From Dictyostelium discoideum (Eukaryota), in the NCBI GenBank assembly GCA_000004695.1, contig CM000155.2, positions 1,152,001-1,216,000 of the forward strand: a DNA stretch of 64,000 bases, in the 5' to 3' direction. Made by a program: the position numbers and the translations under genes. Of the stretch, positions 11,262 to 23,322 are shown in pieces. Under the pieces are notes generated by a model that saw nothing but the letters and a program-made list of their open reading frames with translations, was not told where the DNA came from and ran no database searches. Within the stretch, counting starts at the first letter, position 1, and the number at the start of each line of letters is the position of its first letter.

Positions 11262-12231
11262 TATCTAATTGTTAGCTGGTTGTAAAGAAATACCTTCTAA
11301 TAATTCTTCATTTTCATCGGTATAATCGACCAAGTCCAAACCAATTTTATTACTCTTGTCTTTATGAATTTGTTTTTTACATGAACGTTCAGTTCTGATA
11401 GCTTCAAAATACTTTGATAATATTAGTACTGCTAATGATGCTTTATTTTTATAGGTGGAACTAAAAACATTCTTTACAATACTAAGTTTGCTCTAAGGTG
11501 TAACATTTCTTGAATTCCCAGAATCTTTTTTTAATTTTAAACCTTGCTTTAAAGGTTGATTTTGAATTTGTTTACATGTTGCAGTGATACCATGATTTGA
11601 TAATAATTTATCTCTAATAGTTGATACACTTGGATCATCTTCAAATAATTTTTTTAAATGGAGTTGATTGGTTTCATCCCATAATTGATCACCAATAAAT
11701 TTAAAATTTGGAAGTTTAGTTAAATTATAGTTTCTTCCATCAACCAAAGTTGTGAAGAATTTTGATTAGCAACATTTTCCATCATTTGTGGTCTGTTAGC
11801 ATATGCAAAGAGAGCAGTTACAAAAAGATTTTCTTGATGCATGTCCCATGCTTGGCCAACCTTAGTACCATTATTAAATTTAACCTCTTGCAAGATTGGA
11901 ATTTCTTTCTTGGCACCTTCTATTCTGTCAACAAAACTATTAACTTGAGTACTATTAATGTTGATACCAGAGCACTTCATTTCAACAGAGGTATGAATAA
12001 TTTCCACCATGCATGACGAAGGCTTTAACAAAGGCTTGGATTGATGGCAAACTCCAGAGATATGCATCTTTGCCAGAGTAAACAAGTTGGCAGATACTTT
12101 GATAGAATGAGAACATTCGGTTATCGAAATTTAACTTTCCTTCAGGTTGTTGAATACCTTCACACAAATTATTAGGAATTAAACTAATATTTGGATTATC
12201 AAAAGTACTAAAATCAACAAAATGAACATTT
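11262..12231 (-). pseudogene. Pseudogene copy of the 345-aa element protein (paralogue of 18735..19772).
   Basis: ORF-track fragments 11493..11747, 11720..12085 and 11982..12167 together cover the homologue in three frames. The start codon is lost (ttattaaa vs tactcat). Several indels shift the frame. Confidence 0.6.
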
Positions 12232-12257
12232 TTTTTTTTTTTTGAAACATATTTATT

Positions 12258-12260
<3 letters not shown>

Positions 12261-12349
<89 letters not shown>
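12261..12349. repeat. Poly(T) homopolymer of ~89 nt (poly-A on the minus strand) just upstream of the decayed 345-aa ORF copy.
   Basis: Direct inspection. The equivalent tract in copy B (19773..19819) abuts the ATG of the intact ORF. Confidence 0.9.
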
Positions 12350-12352
<3 letters not shown>

Positions 12353-12565
12353 TTTACATGTATGTTTATTTATTTATTTATATTTATTTATTATTATATT
12401 CATTTGAAACCTTTTATTCATTATATTTTTTTTTTTAATAAATTATAGATATTATATATATAGAATACTATGGGTAAAAGGAAATAATAATGTTTGTTTG
12501 TAGTTGAAAATATTAAAATTAAAAATAAAAAAAAAAATATAACAAAAAAGATTTTATTTTAATAA

Positions 12566-12606
<41 letters not shown>

Positions 12607-13562
12607 CTTAAAATTTTTTTTTAAAAATTGTGTTTTTATATTTTCCAAACATACTTCATTTAAGGGGGGTCAGATTTACAATCATTTTAAAGGAATGGGG
12701 TTATAAATTTTCTTAAAATAATATTTTAAAATATCTTTGAAGTTAAACATATTTATGTATTTATATAATGATACGATTAGTTTATCAAAATGTGTTTGGT
12801 TGTTTATTATTATAATTGGTTGTTTATTATTATTATTATTTTTTTTAATTAATTACTGCATTTCTTTATTAGATTTAATAATAGTTTAGAAATAATAAAA
12901 TAATATATAAAAAATAAAAAAAAATAATATTAGTTGAAATAATAAAATTTTATATGGTATAATAAATAATTAAATAGTTTGAAATAATATATTAGTAAAA
13001 TTAAATAGTAAAATTAAAATAATAATTTGATACATATATTATTTTATAGATAAATAGTTCAATCATTGAAATAATAACAACAACAACAATAATAATAATA
13101 ATAATTATATATATATCATATTAATAATTAAAACTAGTTTGAAATTAATGGTAATTTAAAGGTTGATATAAATAAATTCAAAAAAATTTGTATGTATTAT
13201 TTTAGTTACTACCTACTACTTTTAAACATGTTGTATTAACATTATATTCAAATTTTTTATTACAATTCCTATAGATACAACTGTCTTTGATAAAAACATT
13301 TCACCTCAAATTAGTAAGTATTTTATTTTTATTATAGTATAGGTAACACTAGCGTTATTCTACAACTTTTTATATATTAACCTTGATAATAAATAATTCT
13401 TTAATCCGATTACTATAAAGATGAAATTTTAGATCTATTTGAATTTGGTATGTTTTAAATTTTATTATTATTATTTATAATTGCAATTATTAATTCTCAA
13501 CATTGGTGTATTAATATAAATTCAATAATTATTTAGATACTACAAAATCATCATATGAAGAT

Positions 13563-14068
13563 GTGATTGAAGAATACAGTAAATTTGAAAATGATTCTCT
13601 TGGATCATTTGAATATCTTGATTACAGTGATTTACGTTTATTATCTAAAAGAAAGTGGAATAATAAAGAAGCTTTAATCATAGGTAATGGTAAAAGTAAT
13701 TATAAAACAACTGTACAAATAAAAGGTGATTTGTTAGATAAAGGTTATTTTAGAACTGAACTTGCTATTGATACATAGTTTGATAGAAATAAGTATTAAT
13801 AAATAAAATGGTTAAAAATTTTAAAAGTACTCAAGAAACCATCACCAGTCATTTCAAGAAATTGGAGTCCAGATGAACAAAAAGCATTAATGGTTGAAGT
13901 TTCTACACTTGGTAATAAATCTGAAATCAACTGGTTTTTCATTTCTCAACAACTCTTTTTAAAAGGTATTAGTAGAAATGCAAGAGAATGTCAAAGAAAA
14001 CATGAATCAATCCAATATGTTGGTCTTTCAGGTAATCCAAAAGCTAAATTTAAAGGAACTTTTGATTA
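13563..14068 (+). pseudogene. Pseudogene copy of the Myb/SANT-domain 171-aa ORF (paralogue of 21788..22303).
   Basis: TAG at 13776 where copy B has TAC. A 1-bp deletion and a 7-bp deletion downstream (aaaccatcacc vs aaattataaaaccatcacc) shift the frame. Confidence 0.55.
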
Positions 14069-14696
14069 GTTTGTCATATATTTTAAATAAATAACATCTT
14101 CAATATAAAAAATTTCCAATAATTTTATTTTCTTTTTTTTTTGTTATTGATAGTACTTATAACAAAAAATGAATGATAAATAATTAAATTCTAAAAATAA
14201 AATTTTTGATTTAAAAAATAAAATAAAAAATTCAAAAAATAGAATGATTACACGGTGTTTATGATAATAATTTTTTTTTTAATTTTAAAAATTTTTTTAT
14301 TTTAATTTTTAATTTTTTTTTTTATTTTTTTTACCAATTCCAGTCTGTAAACAACATTCATGTATCGATCGTTGTCTACTGGTCCATGTCGATCATGTAA
14401 GTTAAAAACAAGTCCATATGTCGTTGTGGAAAGACCATTGAAAATAGACAATGTGGTTCAACAAGATATGACAAAGCATTTACTTGTGATGTTTGCAAAA
14501 TTCATGAATGTTGTCCAAGCACACCAACACATGATGAAGCAGGTAACCAAGATTGTATAATTTATTCTACATTTTCTTCACTCGATCCAAATTCACAAGA
14601 ATATGCAAATAAATTACAAATTGAGCCATTACAGTCTATATCAATAGTATCACCAAAAATTATTAAAAAAATTGAACCAATCCTTATAAAGATTGT

Positions 14697-14698
<2 letters not shown>

Positions 14699-14785
<87 letters not shown>
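14699..14785. repeat. (AGT)n trinucleotide repeat of ~29 units, reading as poly-Ser in the open plus frame.
   Basis: Direct inspection. A shorter version lies at 23857..23888 in copy B. Confidence 0.9.
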
Positions 14786-14786
14786 T

Positions 14787-15110
14787 TTAATAAATAATAA
14801 AAAATGAATTAATAATAAATTGTAAAGATAAAAAATTAAATAAATTTAATAATAATGAAATTAGAGTAGTATGTTTGCATTCTAATGAATCGATGTATTG
14901 TTGATATGTTAATCTTGATAATGTATAGGTTTTCAAAATTGTCATCCTTGCTATTGTGATCGCTTGACTTTTCCATTTGCTAAGATTATCTTTGATTGCT
15001 GTCAATTTTGAATTTAAACCTATTTTGGTGAAATTGAGACCTAAATATCTTTCTGGTGCATCGCTTAATTTGAATGGTAACCTTGGAGGTATGTCCCCAA
15101 TTACCATCAG
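14787..15110 (-). mobile_element. Fragment of a non-LTR (TRE/LINE-like) retrotransposon reverse transcriptase (3' thumb region only).
   Basis: The minus-strand translation ..PFKLSDAPERYLGLNFTKIGLNSKLTAIKDNLSKWKSQAITIARMTILKTYTLSRLTYQ.. matches the conserved post-YxDD segment of LINE RTs (F/YLG, K..KW...GR..L.K...L..Y). There is no upstream RT, endonuclease or ORF1. Confidence 0.4.
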
Positions 15111-15970
15111 GAAATCCCAAATACTTAATTCGGTTACTTATTTTAAATATGGAGTTAATATTTTGAAAAACTCTATAAATTGGATCATCTGGTAGTTGTG
15201 TTGAAGCAGTAGTGGTATTTGCAGTTGGTTTGTTTAAATTAAAAGTTGTTGGAGTATTTGAGGTTTGACCAACTGAATTATGGTTAGCAGAATTAGTATT
15301 GGTGGTGTTACAGGTAGCCATTATTTGATTAAAAATTTAAAATAATTATAAAAAATAATTTTACAATAAAATGAAAAATTTAATTTGTTATTAATATATT
15401 ATTATATTATTGTATATTAAAAAAAGATTGATTATTATTTTTTTTCAGAACCAATTAAAAAAGTACAAATCAGGTGGTAGTATTAACCAATTTGTATTTC
15501 ATCAGATGAAGGAGAATCATCAAACAAATATGATAATTATGATGATTATGAATCAGTCCTTAATCACCAATTTTACTAAAAAAGATGTTCCAACACAATA
15601 CCAACATTATTTGATAATACTAATTCAAGCAAATGCCCTGGTGTTTTTTTTCCAATACTTCAAATTTAAAACTTTATCGAAAATAATATTCGTTAAATTA
15701 TTAAATTAAGTAATATTACCATTTGAGCCTTAAAAAACACAATAGGTATTATCATCTTTGAAAAGTAAAAACATCCCTGCACAAACTGGGATATACAATT
15801 TAAAAAAAAAAAAACATTTTAGCTTTTTCTTGTAATTAATTTATTTTGTTATTTTGTATTATGTTTTGTATAAAAAGAAATTCCAAAAATAAAAAAGTTA
15901 TTCCAAAAAAAAAAATCGGCGTTGTTGTTTATATTTTATTTAATATAAAGAGATATAATTAATTATAAGT

Positions 15971-16477
15971 TTATGCAGTTGGTTGGAAAGCAATTTGGTC
16001 TTCACCGTCGATGATGTAACCGAATGAGAAAGTTTGACCTGGTTGGATGACTGGATACCATTGGAGAGCCCAAGTATTTTTGGTTTCATCAACAGCAAGA
16101 CCCCAGATTGAGTTTGGACGGAGTGGAGATGAGGTGAAGATTGGGTTGGTGACGGTTACTGAACCAGTGTTGGTGATGATACCACCGAATTGAGAGACAG
16201 TTTTACCGTTTTCAAACCATGAGGAGTAACGAGTTTGATCAATCTTTAATGGTGAAGTAGTGTTGGTACAGACACATTGTGGTTTAATGTAATAGATTGA
16301 AGTTGGTTTGCTACAGTATGAACCGAACCAGGCGTCAGCTTCAGTACGTAAAACACCACCGATAACTCTTGGTGGGCTAGCTCTTAAACCATAGTAACGA
16401 CCAAAGATGTATGAGGAATCCATTGGGATGTTTGACATACAGATTTTGCAAAGTAAATCACTGTTGAAGGTACCCAT
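15971..16477 (-). pseudogene. 5'-truncated deaminase paralogue (second-exon region from ..GTFNSDLLCKICM.. to the stop, intact frame).
   Basis: Near-identical to 24701..25210. Homology stops at 16477 (gaaggtaccc|atcttataag). No first exon or acceptor is present. The 3' flank is shared with copy 4. Confidence 0.6.
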
Positions 16478-17191
16478 CTTATAAGACCAATTAATTCCAA
16501 TGTGGCTTCATCTGTTGCAAATCGATTTTCATTTATTAACTCTTATAATAATCTATCAAAAATTAATAAAATTTCTTTTTTTTTAACATATTTTAAAATT
16601 ATTTATTAATTTTTAATAAATTTTATTATTAGTATTATTTTTTTAATATTAAAATTATAAATAAATGATTAATAAATTATTATTATTCACTAAATAATAT
16701 TATTTTTTGATTAATAAATAATTTCTATAATAAATAAGGAATATATTATTTGAAAAAAAATAAAAATTCTTATATTTTAAAATTTTTTATTTACACCCAT
16801 TATTTTTTATCATTTTATTATAGTTTTTAATAATATATAATATCATATTGTAACTCAAAAATATCTTGTTTATACTAATATTTATTTAATTTTATGAAAT
16901 GTTCTAAATAGAACATTTAAAAATAACTATTAATATTGAATTAATAATTCAATATTAATTATTGCTAACTTAATTTATTTTAATAAATTGTTTCATTTTA
17001 TATAATAAACTCACTAAACACAACTAAATAATAATTCAAAAATAAATAATAATAATTTAGAATATAGTTTTGTTTCAACATTTTATTATAACACATACAA
17101 TTCAGAAAATAATAATAATTTATTTTATTGTTTTGTTTAAAGGGGTTTTCTCCCGTTGTAATTAAATTTAATTAATTTTAAATTTAATTTT

Positions 17192-17233
<42 letters not shown>

Positions 17234-17414
17234 TTAATTTGAATTTCACAAAAGTTTTCATAATAGATATTAGATACCAGATATTAAAAATGTCACACAA
17301 AATCACCATATAAAATAATAATATAAATTTAAAAATAATTTAATTAAAAAGAAAATAATAATTAATTAGAATAAAATTAAAATAATATAATATTGTAGTT
17401 TAAATTGGATCTAA

Positions 17415-17542
17415 CCCTATCGGCTGAGGTTGGAGTAGTTAACAGATTTGAGTCTGCTCAAATCTGAGGACTATAAAAGGAAACTAGGTTTCTAATTCAA
17501 CCTCAGTAATAAATATATACAAATAATAAAAACGCGATAGGG
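17415..17542. other. Conserved nested-hairpin element. It may be a structured RNA or a repeat-internal structure.
   Basis: Outer stem ccctatcg (17415-22) pairs with cgataggg (17535-42). Second stem ctgaggttg (17424-32) pairs with caacctcag (17498-506). Inner 10-bp stem cagatttgag / ctcaaatctg (17443-66) has a 4-nt loop. The copy at 22876..23000 keeps all the stems but has a different loop (tctg vs cgaa) and differences in the unpaired part. Confidence 0.3.
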
Positions 17543-17701
17543 CTACGGTCATTAATTAAATACATGTGTACATTTATTTCTTAAATAATTAATCATTTAT
17601 TTTAATAATAAAATAAATAAATTGAATAATAATAAAACAATAAATAAAATTAATAATAATAAATAATCAAATTTTATTAAATAATTTATTAAAAAAAAAG
17701 A

Positions 17702-18070
17702 ATGTCAACTAATAATAATAATAACAACAATAATAATAATGAAGATATTGATAATGATGAATTGCAACAACAGGATAATGAGGAACAACAACAACAACCA
17801 CAGGTATCAACTTTCAATGAACAGCAACGTCAAATAAGGGAACAGCAACAGGTAATAGATAAACAAAATCAACTTCTTCAACAACACATTCAATTAATAA
17901 ATCAACAATCTCAACAACAATTAAATAACCATTCGACACCACCATCATCACCCAACATTACAACACCAATAACTTCAGCAGCAATAACCAACACAATAAA
18001 GAAATCATTAGGAAAAATTAACACTGATGACACCGACCACCAGTTGTTACACATATATGATAAACTATAG
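17702..18070 (+). CDS. 122-aa Gln/Asn-rich ORF of unknown function belonging to the composite repeat.
   Basis: ATG-initiated ORF. A truncated direct copy lies at 23164..23322. An inverted partial copy of its 3' half lies at 23470..23640. Confidence 0.35.
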   Translation: MSTNNNNNNNNNNEDIDNDELQQQDNEEQQQQPQVSTFNEQQRQIREQQQVIDKQNQLLQQHIQLINQQSQQQLNNHSTPPSSPNITTPITSAAITNTIKKSLGKINTDDTDHQLLHIYDKL

Positions 18071-18734
18071 TTTTATGTTTTAAAAAATGAGAAATTACAA
18101 TAGTATTATTTCCTATTAATTGTTGTATATTATTAAATTATAGGTTTATGTTTTAAAAAATGAGAAATTACAATAGTATAATTTCTCAAAATATGGTAGA
18201 TAAATAAATTTTTTATAGTTTAATGACAAATTAATATTCAATTTTAATTAAAATATTATTAGATTTTATCAATTTTTAATTTATATTAAAATATATTTTT
18301 ATTATGGCCAGATTCTTTTTTATTATTTTATGATAATTTAATAATAAAGTGTGATTAATTATTAATTAGAAATTAATATTAGTTTGTTATAAATTTTATT
18401 AAATTATAATATCATTTCTTAAAATATAAGTTTTTGCGGGTTTAATTTCTCACAAAATAGTAAAATTTCTTAGTTTTTTTTCTCTGGTGAAATAAAATAA
18501 TATAAAATAAAATAAAATAAAATAAAACAAAATAAAACAAAACAAAACAAAACAATTTGAACCCATTTCATCTTCTAAATACACGAAAATTAAAATAAAA
18601 AACACATGTGTTGCAACACTTTTTTTTTTTATTACTTTTTTTATTATTTTTTTTATTATTTTTTTTTTATGATCTTTTTATATATATATTTTACAATTTT
18701 ACTATTCTATAATACCAGATTATTTTATTTAGAT

Positions 18735-19769
18735 CTAATTGCTAGCTGGTTGTAAAGAAATACCATCTAATAATTCTTCTTCATTTTCATCGGTATAATC
18801 GACCAAGTCCAAACCAATTTTAATACTCTTGTCTTTATTAATTTGTTTTTTACATGAACGTTCAGTTCTGATAGCTTCGAAATACTTTGATAATATTAGT
18901 ACTGCTAATGATGCTTTATTTTTATAGGTGGAACTAAAAACATTCTTTACAATACTAAGTTCTTCTTTGCTCCAAGAGGTAACATTTCTTGAATAAGTAG
19001 AAACTTTTTTTAATTTTAAACCTTGCTTTAAAAGTTGACTTTGAATTTGTTTACTTGTTACAGTGATACCATGATTTGATAATAATTTATCTCTAATAGT
19101 TGATACACTTGGATCATCTTCAAATAATGTTTTTAAATGGAGTTGATTGGTTTCATCCCATAATTGATCACCAATAAATTTAAAATTAGGAAGTTTAGTT
19201 AAATTATAGTTTCTTCCATCAACCAAATTTGTGAAGAATTTTGGACTTAAATTATAACCATTTAAATGAAAAATGTTGCTAATCATTTGTGGTCTGTTAG
19301 CATATGCAAAGAGAGCAGTTACAAAAAGATTTTCTTGATGCTCGTCCCATGCTTGGCCAACCTTAGTACCATTATTAAATTTAACCTCTTGCAAGATTGT
19401 TGGAATCTCTATCTTGGCACCTTCTATTCTGTAAACAAAACTTTTAACTTGAGAACCATTAACGTTGATACCAGAGCACTTCATTTCAACAGAGGTATGA
19501 GTTTTATTTCCACCATGCATGACGAAAGCTCTAACAAAAGCTTGGATTGATGGCAAAGTCCAGAGATATGCATCTTTGCCAGAGTAAACAAGTTGGCAGA
19601 TACTTTGATAGAATGAGAACATTCGGTTATCGAAAAAAAATAATACCTTTCCTTCAGGTTGTTGAATACCTTCACACAAATTATTAGGAATTAAACTAAT
19701 ATTTGGATTATCCAAAGTACTAAAATCAACAACATGAACATTTTTTTTTGTTTTTGAAACCTTTTTACT

Positions 19770-19772
<3 letters not shown>
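18735..19772 (-). CDS. 345-aa ORF of unknown function with a Myb/SANT-like C-terminal segment. Element-encoded protein.
   Basis: Intact ATG-to-stop ORF. The start codon is immediately preceded by a 47-nt poly-A (minus-strand sense). The C-terminal WSKEELSIVKNVF...LSKYFEAIR resembles a SANT/Myb helix pattern. I recognised no DDE or transposase motifs. Confidence 0.5.
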
Positions 19773-19821
<49 letters not shown>

Positions 19822-20607
19822 TTAATAAATTATTGATATTATATATATATAATATTATGGGTATAGTTGAAAATATGAAAATTAAAAATAAAAAAAAAAT
19901 ATAACAAAAAAGATTTTATTTTAATAACAAAAATAAAAAAAAAAAAAAAAAAAAAAAAATCTTAAAATTTTTTTTTAAAAATTGTGTTTTTATATTTTCT
20001 AAACATACTTCATTTAAGGGGGTCAGATTTACAATCATTTTAAAGAGATGGGGGGTTATAAATTTTCTTAAAATAATATTTTAAAATATCTTTGAAGTTA
20101 AACATATTTTAAAATAATATTTTAAAATATCTTTGAAGTTAAACATATTTATGTATTTATATAAATATATATAATGATACGATTAGTTTATCAAAATGTG
20201 TTTGGTTGTTTATTATTATAATTGGTTGTTTATTATTATTATTTTTTTTTTTTTTAATTAATTACTGCATTTCTTTATTATTAGATTTAATAATAGTTTA
20301 GAAATAATAAAATAATATATAAAAAATAAAAAAAAATAATATTAGTTTGAAATAATAAAATTTTATATGGTATAATAAATAATTAAATAGTTTAAAATAA
20401 TATTAGTAAAATTAAATAGTAAAATTAAAATAATAATTTGATACATATATTATTTTATAGATAAATAGTTCAATCATTGAAATAATAACAACAACAACAA
20501 CAACAATAATAATAATAATTATATATATATCATATTAATAATTAAAGCTAGTTTGATAAATTATTATATATTAGCATATTAAATAAAATTAATAATAATT
20601 TATAAAA

Positions 20608-21354
20608 ATGGATGAACCTTCAACAGATAAAATTTTAATTGGTGCTCAAATCATTACAACAGTTATAACATTGTTCACTGGTGTTTTTGAATTTATTATT
20701 GCTGCAAAAAGCAAAATGAAAAGAATGAAAAGTGAACAAATGTTTTCAGTAAATCAAGATGGATTAATACATATTATTAAATCACTATTACCAGGTCGTA
20801 ATATAATTTTCATCAGCAATGCACCAACCAGCACCACAGATCCATCATTCAACAGCCAGACAATGAAAAACTTTTTAAAAGTAATATTTAGATTACTACC
20901 GTTTTTCATTGGTGCTGTCTTTATACATTTAAATATAATACCGTTTCATCATTTAATTATTTTTACTGAAAATGGTAAATGGTACTTTGATAGTATACAA
21001 GAAGAATTAATACCTATTGTAAAAGAAAGATTAAAGCAAATAATGTCATCTCAACCTGATGTCATATTTGCATGTGGTGCTGTGGTAAGGGATATATTTT
21101 ATATGTATCTTGAAGAAGGTTCAATTGAAATGGTTGGTAATAATATATTCGTGTATATAAATAAAGATGGTACGAAAAAAACTATTATTTGTTTTGTTCC
21201 ACACTTTTGTACTCGTAAAGATCATTGGAAGTTTATTGCTCAAGGATTATTATTTATTCATACTCATTTCAAATTATCAACATTCAATACAAATTATTTT
21301 GAAAAAAACAAACCAGAAATTAATTTTAAAGATATTAGATATATAGTTCTTTAA
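20608..21354 (+). CDS. 248-aa ORF of unknown function with a hydrophobic N-terminal segment. It is present only in copy B of the element.
   Basis: ATG at 20608. Absent from copy A, where the flanks ctagtttga.. are fused. Confidence 0.35.
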   Translation: MDEPSTDKILIGAQIITTVITLFTGVFEFIIAAKSKMKRMKSEQMFSVNQDGLIHIIKSLLPGRNIIFISNAPTSTTDPSFNSQTMKNFLKVIFRLLPFFIGAVFIHLNIIPFHHLIIFTENGKWYFDSIQEELIPIVKERLKQIMSSQPDVIFACGAVVRDIFYMYLEEGSIEMVGNNIFVYINKDGTKKTIICFVPHFCTRKDHWKFIAQGLLFIHTHFKLSTFNTNYFEKNKPEINFKDIRYIVL

Positions 21355-21787
21355 ACTAGTTTGAAATTAATGGTAATTTAAAGGTTGATATAAATAAATT
21401 CAAAAAAATTTGTATGTATTATTATTTTAGTTACTACCTACTACTTTTAAACATGTTGTATTAACATTATATTCAAATTTTTTATTACAATTCCTATAGA
21501 TACAACTGTCTCTGACAAAAACATTTCACCTCAAAGTAGTAAGTATTTTATTTTTATTATAGTATAGGTAACGCTAGCGTTATTCTACAACTTTTTATAT
21601 ATTAACCTTGATAATAAATAATTCTTTAATCCGATTACTATAAAGATGAAATTTTAGATCTATTTGAATTTGGTATGTTTTAAATTTTATTATTATTATT
21701 TATAATTGCAATTATTAATTCTCAACATTGGTGTATTAATATAAATTCAATAATTATTTAGATACTACAAAATCATCATATGAAGAT

Positions 21788-22303
21788 GTGATTGAAGAAT
21801 ACAGTAAATTTGAAAATGATTCTCTTGGATCATTTGAAAATCCTGATTACAGTGGTTTCCATTTATTATCTAAAAGAAAGTGGAATAATAAAGAAGCTTT
21901 AATCGTAGGTATTGGTAAAAGTAATAATAAAACAACTGTACAAATAAAAGGTGATTTGTTAGATAAAGGTTATTTTAGAACTGAACTTGCTATTGATACA
22001 TACTTTGATAGAAATAAGGTATTAATAAATAAAATGGTTAAAAATTTTAAAAGTACTCAAGAAATTATAAAACCATCACCAGTCATTTCAGGAAATTGGA
22101 GTCTAGATGAACAAAAAGCATTAATGGTTGAAGTTTCTACACTTGGTAATAAATCTGAAATCAACTGGTTTTTCATTTCTAAACAACTCTTTTTAAAAGG
22201 TATTAGTAGAAATGCAAGAGAATGTCAAAGAAAACATGAATCAATCCAATATGTTGGTCTTTCAGGTAATCCAAAAGGTAAATTTAAAAGAACTTTTGAT
22301 TAG
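21788..22303 (+). CDS. Myb/SANT-domain protein (171-aa ORF). The 5' end is unresolved. The track start is GTG and the frame is open from 21740, so an upstream exon is likely.
   Basis: The motif WSLDEQKALMVEVSTLGNKSEINWFFISKQLFLKGISRNARECQRKH is a canonical Myb/SANT repeat. An acceptor-like ttatttAG lies at 21759-21760. Confidence 0.45.
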   Translation: MIEEYSKFENDSLGSFENPDYSGFHLLSKRKWNNKEALIVGIGKSNNKTTVQIKGDLLDKGYFRTELAIDTYFDRNKVLINKMVKNFKSTQEIIKPSPVISGNWSLDEQKALMVEVSTLGNKSEINWFFISKQLFLKGISRNARECQRKHESIQYVGLSGNPKGKFKRTFD

Positions 22304-22641
22304 TTTGTCATATATAAATAAATAACATATTCAATATAAAAAATTTCCAATAATTTTATTTTCTTTTTTTTTTTTTATTGATAGTACTTTTAACAAAAAA
22401 TGAATGTAAATAATTAAATTGTAAAAATATAATTTTTGATTTAAAAAATAAAATAAAAAATTCAAAAAATAAAATAATTACACCGGGTGTCTAATTTGAA
22501 TGTTACTATTAATAATTTTTTTTTTAATTTTAAAAATATTTTTATTTTAATTTTTTATTTTTTTTTTTATTTTTTTTACCAATTCCAGTCTGTAAACAAA
22601 ATCATTAAATACTTAATTAATTTTAAATTAAATTTAATTTT

Positions 22642-22686
<45 letters not shown>

Positions 22687-22875
22687 TTTGAATTTCACAA
22701 AAGTTTTCATAATAGATATTAGATACCAGATATTAAAAATGTCACACAAAATCACCAAATTTATATATTTTATAAAATAATAATATAAATTTAAAAATAA
22801 TTTAATTAAAAAGAAATAATAATTAATTAGAATAAAATTAAAATAATATAATATTGTAGTTTAAATTGGATCTAA

Positions 22876-23000
22876 CCCTATCGGCTGAGGTTGGAGTAGT
22901 TAACAGATTTGAGCGAACTCAAATCTGAGGACTATAAAAAGAAACTAGGTTTCTAATTCAACCTCAGTAATAAATATATACAAATAAAAACGCGATAGGG
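22876..23000. other. Second copy of the nested-hairpin element.
   Basis: Same three stems as 17415..17542. The loop differs. Confidence 0.3.
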
Positions 23001-23163
23001 CTAGGGTCATCAATTAAATATATGTGTACATTTATTTCTTAAATAATTAATCATTTATTTTAATAATAATAAAATAAATAAATTCAATAATAATAAAACA
23101 ATAAATTAAATTAATAATAATAATAAATAACCAAATTTTATTAAAAAAATTTATTTTAAAAGA

Positions 23164-23322
23164 ATGTCAACTAATAATAATAATAACAACAATAATAATA
23201 ATGAAGATATTGATAATGATGAATTGCAACAACAGGATAATGAGGAACAACAACAACAACAACCACAGGTATCAACATTCAATGAACAGCAACGTCAAAT
23301 AAGGGACAGCAGCAGGTACTAG
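23164..23322 (+). pseudogene. Truncated copy of the 122-aa Q-rich ORF (first ~50 codons, then a stop).
   Basis: Identical N-terminus ([47 protein letters not shown]), then a divergent sequence and TAG. Confidence 0.4.

Larger units (their letters stand above)
11222..14812. repeat. Composite repeat element, copy A (decayed). Collinear with 18686..23910 except for a deletion of the 248-aa ORF segment and rearranged ends.
   Basis: Long near-identical stretches, e.g. 12591-13115 vs 19960-20540 and 13116-14100 vs 21356-22330. Both copies carry the same internal poly-T, AT-rich spacer and (AGT)n tail. Confidence 0.7.

Noticed and set aside
17400-17560. Possible tRNA gene (a GC-richer ~130-nt island in AT-rich DNA, near an RT fragment of the tRNA-targeting TRE type).
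   Set aside because: There is no cloverleaf. No D-loop or T-loop (GTTCRANYC) consensus is present, and the paired regions are too long (8-10 bp nested stems). I interpret it as a repeat-internal hairpin element instead.
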